From: Candidatus Aenigmatarchaeota archaeon
GTDB taxonomy: Archaea > Aenigmatarchaeota > Aenigmatarchaeia > CG10238-14 > SCSR01
DNA: 64,000 bases
Assembly: GCA_016187415.1 (NCBI GenBank)
Contig: JACPJT010000007.1
Coordinates: 132,821 to 196,820 of the forward strand
Direction of reading: 5' to 3'
Positions within the stretch are counted from its first letter, which is position 1. Every line of letters begins with the position of its first letter. The notes beneath the pieces were generated by a model, which made no database searches, was not told the DNA's origin, and was given only the letters and a program-made list of their open reading frames with translations. The position numbers were made by a program, and so were the translations under genes. Shown here in pieces: positions 38,827 to 47,807 of this stretch.

Positions 38827-40037
38827 CCCCTTTCCATTCTGCCGAACTTGTATAATGAAACTAAAAGATTTAGAGTTAAAAGGGTTGGGTATAGTGTTAT
38901 AAAAAGTGCGAGAATGAATATGTTCGGTATGTCCTTATGCACGACAGCGCTCAGCCTGATAACAAAAAGCGCAAGCAGAAACATTATAAACCCGTAGATG
39001 AAAAGCAGATCAACATTGTAGATGAGTTCGAAATGGGCGAATGGATTGACGCCGAACGAAAATGCCTTCAGCAGAAAAAGCGCGTAGTTGAATAATTTCG
39101 TGAAAATTATATAACCGAAAATGCTGGTTCCCAGCAAAGAAATGAAATAACCAAATATTGATGTCGGCACTATCCAGTTGCCGACTCCGTGAGACTTACC
39201 GTCGAAGATGGTTCCAAAGTACTTGAGTATTGTTTGTACGCCCCCTATAACCCATCTTTTTCTCTGCTTCCACCAGAACTTCAAGGTGTCTGGATAAAGG
39301 CTGTAAACCATCGCATCGAAAGCCATTCTCACCTTATAGCCGTGTTTCAAAAGTCTCCAAGTAATTTCAACGTCTTCTATCAGGTTTTTTGCATCAAAGC
39401 CGCCAAGTTTGACAAGTATGTCCTTTCTATAGACACTCAATGGTCCTGGCGTGGCTGTTATAACGTTCACCTGTTCCTGGGCCTTCCTCATCACCGATAT
39501 GATCATGAATTCAGCATGCTGCAACCTTTCCCAAAGAGTTTTCCTTCTTTTAACAAGAATGTGCGCAGTTACCGCGGCCACATCCTTTCCGTCAAAATAT
39601 CCCATACATTGCCTCAACGCATTTTTATCTAGGAAACTGTCTGCGTCCATGACAGCCACGAATTCGTATTTTGCGCGCTTTATTCCAAAATTAAGCGATG
39701 ATGCCTTTCCCGTGTTTCGTTTTCTTATGACTCGTACATTGCCGGATTCGTATTTTTTGGCAATTTCATAAGTTTTGTCCGTGCTGCCGTCATCGACAAC
39801 AATGACTTCAAACTTGTTTTTAGGATAGTCTATGGAGAGTAGCTTTTCCAAGCTTTGGCCTATTATTTTTTCTTCATTGTAGGCAGGAACAATCACACTG
39901 ACATTGGGAAGATGACGGTCGTTTAACTGTTTCTTCCTGAGCTTGCCGCCGCTTTCAAACCAGAGAATGAGATGGAAGAATGTGAAATAGCTCAGGCAAA
40001 GCAGTATGATTATGAAAATAATGTCAGTCAATTGCAT
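38811..40037 (-). CDS. Processive-type GT2 glycosyltransferase
   Basis: PAYNEE, DDGSTD, DAD, IED and QRKRW (QxxRW) motifs plus TMs. Confidence 0.92.
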   Translation of the reverse strand: MQLTDIIFIIILLCLSYFTFFHLILWFESGGKLRKKQLNDRHLPNVSVIVPAYNEEKIIGQSLEKLLSIDYPKNKFEVIVVDDGSTDKTYEIAKKYESGNVRVIRKRNTGKASSLNFGIKRAKYEFVAVMDADSFLDKNALRQCMGYFDGKDVAAVTAHILVKRRKTLWERLQHAEFMIISVMRKAQEQVNVITATPGPLSVYRKDILVKLGGFDAKNLIEDVEITWRLLKHGYKVRMAFDAMVYSLYPDTLKFWWKQRKRWVIGGVQTILKYFGTIFDGKSHGVGNWIVPTSIFGYFISLLGTSIFGYIIFTKLFNYALFLLKAFSFGVNPFAHFELIYNVDLLFIYGFIMFLLALFVIRLSAVVHKDIPNIFILALFITLYPTLLTLNLLVSLYKFGRMERGWLTK

Positions 40038-40045
40038 TGTTTCAC

Positions 40046-40387
40046 CTAAAGCAACTTCAGTTTTCCGGTTATCTTGTTAACTTTTGTCTCTTCAACGGGT
40101 CCTATGCCCAAGGCGGTTGGCGTCCCGGTTTTAAGTTGCGTCAGCCCGGCATCCTTCACAAGAACATACGGCATGCCCGATTTTCTGATTTTACTCTCCA
40201 GATCTTTTAGTTCTTTCACGCCGTTTATTTTCAGGACAACTTTCTTGCTCCCTTCGTTCTCCCATTTTTCAACGATTCCAGCATCGCTTTTCTTCAGCGC
40301 ACCGATCGCGGCATGCAATGCCTGGGAAATTAGTTTGCCATTGCTCATGCCGATATCCTTTCTAAGGACGATTACTTGTTTGTACAT
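40046..40387 (-). CDS. pth2: Peptidyl-tRNA hydrolase Pth2
   Basis: KQVIVLRKD, KKVVLK, DAGLTQ, TALGIGP. Confidence 0.95.
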   Translation of the reverse strand: MYKQVIVLRKDIGMSNGKLISQALHAAIGALKKSDAGIVEKWENEGSKKVVLKINGVKELKDLESKIRKSGMPYVLVKDAGLTQLKTGTPTALGIGPVEETKVNKITGKLKLL

Positions 40388-40808
40388 AGATTAGATTTAG
40401 CTTACTAGAATAAATTTCGCTACAATAGGCACTGTCAAGGATCCGGCGTACGATGTCAAATGGAAACGGCAGGAACGCGCAAATTAGTATTAGCCAGAAA
40501 CCCATATTGGAATAAATTTTTTCAAATCTTTTGAGGAATCTGGGAACCTTCTTTTCAAATTTCTCAATGGCTGCGCTGCCGCCAAGACCGGCGAAATAGC
40601 CTATGGTTTCACCAAGTGCTGATCCGAATCCGCCAACCAGTCCGGCCAATAACGGATTCAAGCCAATTCCAACTGCGACCAAAACAGGAAAATATGATGG
40701 AAATGGCAGCACAGGAATCAGGATGCTGGAACTTGAAATGAAGCTCGTTATGAAAACGGCCAGGTAACTCCCATGATAGAGCAAATTAAGAAAAGTATCA
40801 AGAACCAT
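40362..40808 (-). pseudogene. DedA/VTT-family membrane protein, probably truncated by an internal deletion
   Basis: GSALGETIGYFAG...PFPFDIV, then abrupt loss of similarity; a plausible tail YAGSLTVPIVAKFILVS* lies in another frame. Confidence 0.6.
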
Positions 40809-40845
40809 TATTTTTTATTGTTATCATTAATTATATATCTAAGAT

Positions 40846-40978
40846 AGCCCTGTCGTCTAGTGGTCAAGGATAGTGTAATAACACACCCTTAAACGAGGCT
40901 TTGGACTTCATGTCTAAAGCTCTGATAAAAGATGAAGGAAGAACCCTCGGGACTGCGGTTCGAATCCGCACGGGGCTA
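40846..40978 (+). tRNA. tRNA-Gln(TTG) with two introns: 25/26 (40872-40892, 21 nt) and 37/38 (40905-40943, 39 nt)
   Basis: A1-U72; central helices AAGG/CCTT and CTTT/GAAG; arm CGAGG-CTTTGG^C-CCTCG. Confidence 0.9.
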
Positions 40979-41578
40979 TATTCTTTTTCTTAGATACCAC
41001 GCGATCAATACAATGACTCCTGCGATTACGGCAATGTCAAGAAACGTTGTATATCTTAGAATTGCATTCCAGTTTCTCCCGAGTATTACGCCAATATAAG
41101 TTAGGATTATATTCCAAGGCAGTGATCCAAAAAGAGTGAAAAAAGAAAATTTCAACGGATTCATCTTGGTTATGCCGGCTGGCAGGGAAATGTATGTTCT
41201 CACCGCCGGCAGATTTCGGCTCAGAAAAATAATCTTGCTGCCGAATTTGCGGAACCATTTATCCGCCAAATCCAAATGGCTTTCGTCAATCAGGATGTAT
41301 CTTCCGTATCTTAGGACAAGTCTTCTTCCCAAGAAAGATCCCAGAAAATATGCTATAAGCGAACCCGCCAAGTTCCCCAAAGTACCAGCCGCAATGACGT
41401 AGTAAAGATTTAACTCGCCCGACGCCACTAAAAATCCGGAAAACGGCATGATCACCTCGCTTGGGACCGGTATGAGAGCACTTTCCAAGAGCATCAGCAG
41501 AAATATACCAACATATCCCACCTGAGAAATCACACCAGTGACGACACCAACCAAAAGTTCTACCAATACCATAAACAC
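40976..41578 (-). CDS. dedA: DedA family protein
   Basis: LESALIPVPSEVIMPFSG...RTYISLPAG. Confidence 0.92.
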   Translation of the reverse strand: MFMVLVELLVGVVTGVISQVGYVGIFLLMLLESALIPVPSEVIMPFSGFLVASGELNLYYVIAAGTLGNLAGSLIAYFLGSFLGRRLVLRYGRYILIDESHLDLADKWFRKFGSKIIFLSRNLPAVRTYISLPAGITKMNPLKFSFFTLFGSLPWNIILTYIGVILGRNWNAILRYTTFLDIAVIAGVIVLIAWYLRKRI

Positions 41579-41620
41579 AATTAACCTTGCTAAATAAATT
41601 AGTAGATGTAAGGCGAGTAG

Positions 41621-42034
41621 ATGGTAATCCTTGAAATGCTCATAGTTGTCTTGTTCGCGGTCGTTATTTTCCTAACAGTAAGGTACGTCTCCCTTAGAGC
41701 GTCTTTCGATCAGAAAATCAAGGACTGGATTGAAAATGAGGAACAGAGAATAAGAAAGGATGCCATAGAAAGGAGCGCACGGACGTTGTCCGGAAAGACG
41801 TTGGAAAAACTAATTCCGTTTTTGGACAGATTCCAGTACGATCCGCACGATTTGAGATGGCTCGGCGATCCGGTGGATTTCATAATTTTTGACGGCTATT
41901 CCTCTGAAAAGTCGCCCAAGCAAATAGTGTTTTGCGAAGTCAAGTCTGGAAACAGCAATTTGAGCAAAGTCCAGAATGAAATCAAGGAACTGGTTGACAA
42001 GAAGAAAGTCAGATGGTCTGAATTTAGAATATAA
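41621..42034 (+). CDS. Holliday-junction-resolvase-like endonuclease with N-terminal TM
   Basis: RKDAIERS...GDPVDFIIFDG...EVKSG. Confidence 0.85.
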   Translation: MVILEMLIVVLFAVVIFLTVRYVSLRASFDQKIKDWIENEEQRIRKDAIERSARTLSGKTLEKLIPFLDRFQYDPHDLRWLGDPVDFIIFDGYSSEKSPKQIVFCEVKSGNSNLSKVQNEIKELVDKKKVRWSEFRI

Positions 42035-42076
42035 AAAAGAAAAAAATAAAAAATCTAAAAAATCTTTGTTAAAAAA

Positions 42077-42100
42077 CTATCGCTTCTTTTTCTTTGCCAA
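42077..42100 (-). CDS. Candidate 7-aa micropeptide MAKKKKR
   Basis: TTG start 6 nt after GAGGTG, TTTATA box upstream, long T-tracts downstream. Confidence 0.45.
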   Translation of the reverse strand: MAKKKKR

Positions 42101-42216
42101 ATTCCACACCTCGCTTTATTGATAATATTATTTCGCATTTTTTACATATAAATGTTATCCATTTTTCCAAAACAAAATTTTGAAAGAATTTATTTGATTA
42201 AATCGAATTATTTCAA

Positions 42217-42450
42217 ATGAAAATAAAAATTTCGGCGACATTTCTCGGAAAATGCTCTGTATGCAAAAAGAAAGTGATTGTCTTCACTGCAGGCGATGAA
42301 GATTCGCAGAAAACGGCCTCGATTTGCAAAGAATGCGCTGACCGCTTGGGAAGCGAAAGCACGGAACAATTAATTCAAGATTTTGGCGTTATAGACAAGG
42401 AATCATTTAAACAAGGAATCAAATTCGAGAAGAAACCCAGAGCAGGGTGA
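42217..42450 (+). CDS. Small Zn-finger protein
   Basis: CSVC...CKEC. Confidence 0.75.
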   Translation: MKIKISATFLGKCSVCKKKVIVFTAGDEDSQKTASICKECADRLGSESTEQLIQDFGVIDKESFKQGIKFEKKPRAG

Positions 42451-42485
42451 GAGATTATTTTATTTGCTGATCAATCCAAATTTTA

Positions 42486-43262
42486 TTGATGACATCCAGA
42501 CTTCTTTTGGTTGTTTCGGCTTTGGTCATCCTTGCCATCATCTCAGGATTTACAGGGTATTTCATATTCACCGCAGAGCATGACACCACGGCAAATGTTA
42601 CAAAAGTTATAGATGGCGACACCGTAGAAATTGGCACAGGCGAAAGGGTCAGATTATTGGGCATCAATGCGCCAGAGACAAACGAACATTATTACAAGGA
42701 AGCAAAAGAAAAGTTAATTAGATTGGTTCAGGGCAAGGATGTCGTGCTGAAAGCTGGATTTCAGGACAAGGATTTGTACGGAAGGCTGTTGAGGTACATC
42801 TTTGTAAACGGTTCTTTCGTTAATCTTGAGATGGTGAAAGGCGGATATGTCACAGTTTATGTAATTGACCCCGAGGAAAAATACTATCTGGAATTCAAGA
42901 AAGCGGAAAGTGATGCGAGAAGCAAGATGCTGGGTTTATGGAACGCTTCAAGTTTCGGATCTTGCATAACGCTTGCTGAGTTGCATTACACCGGCACAGA
43001 ATACGCAGTATTTCACAACAGTTGCGGCTATCCGATAAAGATGGACAAATGGGAAGTGAAAGACGAGGGCACGCACATCTATGTATTCGGTTCGTTCACA
43101 CTCAATACAAATTCGAGTGTCACACTGTTTATAGCATCCGGCAAGGATACCAGTGAAAAGCTTTATTGGAACAGCAAAACTACCATCTGGAACAACAATG
43201 GCGACACGCTGTTTTTGCGCGACGATAATGGAAATCTGGTTCTGAGTTATAATTACCCTTAG
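42486..43262 (+). CDS. Thermonuclease (SNase) fused to a lamin-tail domain
   Basis: VIDGDT, RLLGINAPE, DLYGRLLRY; C-terminal IWNNNGDTLFLRD. Confidence 0.92.
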   Translation: MMTSRLLLVVSALVILAIISGFTGYFIFTAEHDTTANVTKVIDGDTVEIGTGERVRLLGINAPETNEHYYKEAKEKLIRLVQGKDVVLKAGFQDKDLYGRLLRYIFVNGSFVNLEMVKGGYVTVYVIDPEEKYYLEFKKAESDARSKMLGLWNASSFGSCITLAELHYTGTEYAVFHNSCGYPIKMDKWEVKDEGTHIYVFGSFTLNTNSSVTLFIASGKDTSEKLYWNSKTTIWNNNGDTLFLRDDNGNLVLSYNYP

Positions 43263-43390
43263 CGGGATTTAGAATCCTTGGTTTCCAATGCCACAGGACC
43301 CTGATAATTGCATATCCTGCAACGGTACATCATGCCCAGCCAAGGCATGAAATTCAATGTGTTTTTCCGTTTACATTTCGGGCATTGCAT
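43259..43390 (-). CDS. Small Zn-ribbon protein (43 aa, not in ORF track)
   Basis: MQCPKC...YRCRICNYQGP; starts 2 nt after the pyrE stop. Confidence 0.7.
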   Translation of the reverse strand: MQCPKCKRKNTLNFMPWLGMMYRCRICNYQGPVALETKDSKSR

Positions 43391-43392
43391 AT

Positions 43393-43911
43393 CTATAACA
43401 ACTGTTCGGTTGTTAATAACCATCTAACAGGATATTTCAAATCCGCTTCCCCTCTTTTAACGACAACATAACATCCTACAATTTTTGCGCGGGTGGGTTC
43501 TAGCTCAGTGATAATTCGTTGCAGGCTTCCTCCGGTTGTTATTATATCATCGATTACAGCTATCCTGTCATTTTCGTTTGGTATATAGCCGTCTACACTA
43601 GTCATTCTACTATAATCCTTGGGTTTTCTCCTTACTAGCGTTAAATTTAGATTATGGTCATGCGCTAGAATTGTCGCAGGTGAAATACCCCCATATCCCA
43701 TAGCAGCTACACACGTGACATCTTTATCCATTAGTTTCCACAGTTCCTCAACAATCATCTTGCGCGTGTCCGGATACCCGTATGCTTCTCTTAAATCGAT
43801 ATAGTAATCTGATATATTGCCAGAGCTTAATTTAAATTTCCCTTTGTGAACAACGCCAATTTCATGTAAACGACGAGTTAATCTTTCCATCATATTTGTT
43901 AAAGGAAGCAA
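43393..43911 (-). CDS. pyrE: Orotate phosphoribosyltransferase
   Basis: GKFKLSSGNISDYYIDLR, RRKPKDY, VIDDIITTGGS. Confidence 0.9.
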   Translation of the reverse strand: MLPLTNMMERLTRRLHEIGVVHKGKFKLSSGNISDYYIDLREAYGYPDTRKMIVEELWKLMDKDVTCVAAMGYGGISPATILAHDHNLNLTLVRRKPKDYSRMTSVDGYIPNENDRIAVIDDIITTGGSLQRIITELEPTRAKIVGCYVVVKRGEADLKYPVRWLLTTEQLL

Positions 43912-43983
43912 ACTATATATTTCCGAATTGCCTTTCTTTAAATCACTTCAACTATTTATTTTTCTATTCTCATTGTGAAATGA

Positions 43984-44931
43984 ATGAGTTTACAGCATGC
44001 TATAGATTTGTTATACGAGGACAAGTTTATACCTTTGGCTCAATGGCTTTTGAAAACATTTCCTGTTGAAAAATTAGTCGGTGATATAGGGGACTACAGA
44101 TTGAAAGTAAATCTGGGCGGGGTTGAGCTACCAAGTCCGGTTATTCTCTCTTCACAGCATTATGATCCACGAATTCTGGAAAAATACATGCGAATGGGAT
44201 TTGGCGCAGTTACGACAAAAACTATAACTCCAGAGCCCAGACAAGGACATCCAAAAGTGACTTTGGTAAGAAGAGGGAGCGGTCTGGTTAACTGCAACGG
44301 ATTTAAAAATCCAGGAATGGCCACTTACAAAGAAATTTTACAAGGAATGCACAGAACGAAACCGTTGATAGTAAGCGTGGCAGGCGATACGGCAGAAGAG
44401 TATGGCGCTCTTGTTAAAACTTTAGGTCCCTATTCAGATTTAAGTGAACTTGACATTTCTTCTCCGAATAGAAATTCTGTTTATTCGATTAGTAGCGACA
44501 AAGGAAAAGCACGAGAAATATTCGCTAGATCAAGGGACGGTACTGATAAACCAATAATTGTAAAACTTTCGCCAGACTTTGAAGATAGTAATTATGGTTT
44601 TATAATTCCAGCAGCTATAGAAAGCGGTATCAATATAATAAACTTTGGAAACACAAGACGAATTGAAGAGCCGAGGTTGTCTCAAGGATTTGGCGGTTAC
44701 AGTGGTCCAGATCTTTTTAACAACGTTTTGAATAACATTCGTAGAATTCGTAAATTATTCGGTTATGATATACAACTCATTGCCACTGGCGGTATTGACA
44801 GTCCCAAAAAAGCTTACCAACTGCTAAAATATGCTCATGCCGATGCTGTTTCCTATTTTACTGCATCAAGGTCGCCGAGTGGTTTATTCTTAGCACAACG
44901 GATAAATCGTCATTTACTTGACCAGCCATGA
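43984..44931 (+). CDS. pyrD: Dihydroorotate dehydrogenase
   Basis: TKTIT, NCNGFKNPG, ISSPN, VKLSP, GGYSG, TGGI. Confidence 0.85.
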   Translation: MSLQHAIDLLYEDKFIPLAQWLLKTFPVEKLVGDIGDYRLKVNLGGVELPSPVILSSQHYDPRILEKYMRMGFGAVTTKTITPEPRQGHPKVTLVRRGSGLVNCNGFKNPGMATYKEILQGMHRTKPLIVSVAGDTAEEYGALVKTLGPYSDLSELDISSPNRNSVYSISSDKGKAREIFARSRDGTDKPIIVKLSPDFEDSNYGFIIPAAIESGINIINFGNTRRIEEPRLSQGFGGYSGPDLFNNVLNNIRRIRKLFGYDIQLIATGGIDSPKKAYQLLKYAHADAVSYFTASRSPSGLFLAQRINRHLLDQP

Positions 44932-45086
44932 AATGGTTAGTTATCCAACGCTTCTCGGTCTCAAATTCCAAAACAGAAAAGCACTTGTTGCAAACGGGAC
45001 TGCCGTTCTTAATGACTATCTTATCCATCGATAATCTGCCATGTGTTTTGCACAGTACGCGGGCCTTGATAGAATCCACCTGGAGT

Positions 45087-45512
45087 TTATCCGCCGCGGT
45101 ATGCTGGGAATTGCATGGAAAGCAGACTTGCGATGCTCGCAATCAATTTCGGCTCGACAACTGCAATGTCAGTCACTGTAAGAATCCCCTTTATCTTTTT
45201 GTTCTCGACCACCGGCAATTCCTTTATCTTGTTCTCGATCATCACATCAACTGCACTCTGAAGAGTGGTATCGGGATCCACGGTAAAAACCCTTTTGGAC
45301 ATGACTTCTTCGATCAAAGTGTTCTGGGGCTGTTTGTCCTGCGCAACAGCGCGTACTATGTCGGTGCTGGTGACAATGCCGGTTATCTTGTCCTTCTCAA
45401 CGACAACAAGGCTCCCTATCTTCGCCTTGGCCATGAATTCCGATGCCTGTTTGACCGTAGCATCCTTTTTTATGATTACAACATTTTTGTTCATGACTTC
45501 GCTGACTAACAT
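45087..45512 (-). CDS. CBS-domain pair protein
   Basis: Two CBS repeats (GSLVVV...GIVTSTDI; ELPVV...GILTVTDI). Confidence 0.92.
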   Translation of the reverse strand: MLVSEVMNKNVVIIKKDATVKQASEFMAKAKIGSLVVVEKDKITGIVTSTDIVRAVAQDKQPQNTLIEEVMSKRVFTVDPDTTLQSAVDVMIENKIKELPVVENKKIKGILTVTDIAVVEPKLIASIASLLSMQFPAYRGG

Positions 45513-45549
45513 ACAATAACTATTTCAATTTTAACGTATAAATAATATC

Positions 45550-45705
45550 ATGGCGACTGCTTCTAAACACAAAACAAAGAAGATCAATCCCAACATAACG
45601 AGGATAAGAAGGCTCAAGAGACTGGAAGAATTTGTTGAGAAGCAAATCGAAAGATACGTGAAGATACACAAAAAGCACGAGAAAGAGATAACCTACATCC
45701 AATGA
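45550..45705 (+). CDS. Small basic hypothetical protein (51 aa, not in ORF track)
   Basis: MATASKHKTKK...KHEKEITYIQ fills the intergenic gap exactly. Confidence 0.55.
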   Translation: MATASKHKTKKINPNITRIRRLKRLEEFVEKQIERYVKIHKKHEKEITYIQ

Positions 45706-45706
45706 A

Positions 45707-46480
45707 TTACTTTTTCCTGTCGGCTTTCTTTGAAAGGTAAATTCCCAGAGCGAACCCCGCTATCAGCAATGCAGCGCCAACAACCAGAACTATGATGAAT
45801 TTGCTTTTCATCGATGTGAAAAACGCGTCTATTATCGGTCTTGTAGTTGATTGAACTTGTTCTGGAAGCGATATCAATGAGAATGACATGGATTCAACAT
45901 AACCGACAAGCAGGAACGGCAGGCCGGTGAATACAAGGTCGAATCCCACGGTTTTCAGTCTCCCGACCCACGTTTTCAAAGACGCGGCCAGCAAGATAAG
46001 TCCGGCAAGACTTGCAATCATAAAGTATGTCTGGACGCTTCTGTAGAACTGGTTGCCTTCATTTGAAAGTATGACAAGAAAATTCTGGGAACCACCGTTT
46101 TTCAAGCAGTCCATGAAACTGCAGTCGTACTTTTTATAATATGCATCCTTGATAAGCGCGGATACGACAAGGTCAGGCAGCTTGGATTTGTCAGTATTTC
46201 TAATATCATTGCAATTCAAGATTATGTTTTGTTGCGCGCCAAGAGGCAATGCCGCCTGGCTCGACTGCGAGCACTGGTACAACAACATGCTCTGCATGGT
46301 TGTCATATCACTTTGGCTGATTTGGGAAAACAGCTGCCCCTTCAGAATATCGCTCGAAATCGCTTTGACATTCTGGAAGCTGGTGAATCCGGCGATTTCC
46401 ATCATCAATATCGAGAAAATCAGGAATACTGTAAATATGGTACTGCCCAAGGCTACGCCCAGACCTCTGAAAAATCCCAT
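45707..46480 (-). CDS. Membrane protein with Cys-containing extracellular loop
   Basis: About four TM segments. Confidence 0.75.
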   Translation of the reverse strand: MGFFRGLGVALGSTIFTVFLIFSILMMEIAGFTSFQNVKAISSDILKGQLFSQISQSDMTTMQSMLLYQCSQSSQAALPLGAQQNIILNCNDIRNTDKSKLPDLVVSALIKDAYYKKYDCSFMDCLKNGGSQNFLVILSNEGNQFYRSVQTYFMIASLAGLILLAASLKTWVGRLKTVGFDLVFTGLPFLLVGYVESMSFSLISLPEQVQSTTRPIIDAFFTSMKSKFIIVLVVGAALLIAGFALGIYLSKKADRKK

Positions 46481-46495
46481 TCAAAACCATCCAGT

Positions 46496-47329
46496 TTAAA
46501 AATTACTCAGGAATTCCCTCTTGACGTCTTCCGCATTGTCGGACATTTTTATCTCATTCGGCATCAGGAAATTCCTTACGCCCATCATCAATTTGTGCCA
46601 TTTGACCTTCATTGGTATCTCATAATCCTTTTCAGTCAGGAGTGATGCTATTCTCATAAAATTAATGCTGGCCAGACTGTTCGGCTTGTATTCCAGGAGA
46701 GGGTATTTCATTATCATGCTCTGCATCACATTGCTGTCATGCGGCACTTCTCCCAATACGGGCAGCCCTGTCAGTTCCTCAATCACGTTTTTCTTCAATT
46801 CCTGGGTGCCGTATGTAACCATGTTTGTCAGTATGCTCATCTTCTTCTCGCCGAATTGCCTTAGGACTTCCTTGCACCTAACGACATCGCTGATCATCGG
46901 CACGTGCGGCGATGTCACAAAAAGTATTTCCTTGCATGCGTCCATGACAAACAGAGCTTCCTTTCCCAGACCTGGCGCCGCATCCAATATTACAAAGTCG
47001 GCGTTCTTTTCCAGCTTCGAGAGATGCTTCTTGAATTTCGCCAGTTCGATCCCTATCAGGTCCTCGAATTTTGCAGATGCGGGAAGGTACTTTATGCCAT
47101 TGTAATTGTACAGGGCGGAATGAACATCAATCTTGTCGCGAAGAACATCGTTTATGGTGCCTGTATAGTCGCTTGTCCCCAGATAATAGCTCAAATGCGG
47201 GGTCGATAAGTTGCAATCGACAAGAGTTACATTCTTTTTAAACTCTTTTAATGCAAGTGCAAGGTTGACTGCGACAGTAGACTTGCCTACGCCACCCTTT
47301 CCAGATACAATTCCTATTACTCTTGCCAT
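46496..47329 (-). CDS. minD: MinD/ParA-family ATPase
   Basis: SGKGGVGKST deviant Walker A, LDAAPG; start MARVIGIV. Confidence 0.88.
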   Translation of the reverse strand: MARVIGIVSGKGGVGKSTVAVNLALALKEFKKNVTLVDCNLSTPHLSYYLGTSDYTGTINDVLRDKIDVHSALYNYNGIKYLPASAKFEDLIGIELAKFKKHLSKLEKNADFVILDAAPGLGKEALFVMDACKEILFVTSPHVPMISDVVRCKEVLRQFGEKKMSILTNMVTYGTQELKKNVIEELTGLPVLGEVPHDSNVMQSMIMKYPLLEYKPNSLASINFMRIASLLTEKDYEIPMKVKWHKLMMGVRNFLMPNEIKMSDNAEDVKREFLSNF

Positions 47330-47462
47330 TTTCCTTTCAGCCTTGCCTTTTAATAAATTTGGGTTTTCCTTTAAATATAGTTTACACTTTTCCAGAATTG
47401 TCAAATCAAATAACTTAAGCGCATTCATAATCAAATATAATAATAAAATTGCGGTTGGTTTC

Positions 47463-47801
47463 ATGGTAGACATATACACAGACGGGTCCGGGAAGACAGG
47501 GCGGTATGCGTACGTCGTGGAACAGACAGGCAGAGTAAAAATCCTCCAAGAAAAGGGAATCACGAACAACGAAGCGGAATATAAGGCAATAATAGCCGCG
47601 CTAAACGAGAACCGCGACAAGGATGTTTCCATACATTCCGACAGCCAGTTGATAGTGAACCAGTTGAACAAAGATTACGCAATCAAGGAGGACAGGCTGA
47701 GAGATTTGGCACAGGAAGTGTGGAAATTGTGCGAAGGCAGGAATGTCACATTCGACTGGTTGCCCAGGGAAAAAAACAAAGCAGGAAAAGTTCTCGGCTG
47801 A
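47463..47801 (+). CDS. rnhA: Ribonuclease HI-like protein
   Basis: YTDGSG, TNNEAEY, SDSQLIVNQ, WLPREKNKA. Confidence 0.88.
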   Translation: MVDIYTDGSGKTGRYAYVVEQTGRVKILQEKGITNNEAEYKAIIAALNENRDKDVSIHSDSQLIVNQLNKDYAIKEDRLRDLAQEVWKLCEGRNVTFDWLPREKNKAGKVLG

Positions 47802-47807
47802 TTAAAT

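Noticed and set aside
44858-45142. Possible small Zn-binding ORF (CKTH...CNKC) downstream of the CBS gene
   Set aside because: The start is unclear and it overlaps pyrD by 74 nt antisense; plausible but not supportable.
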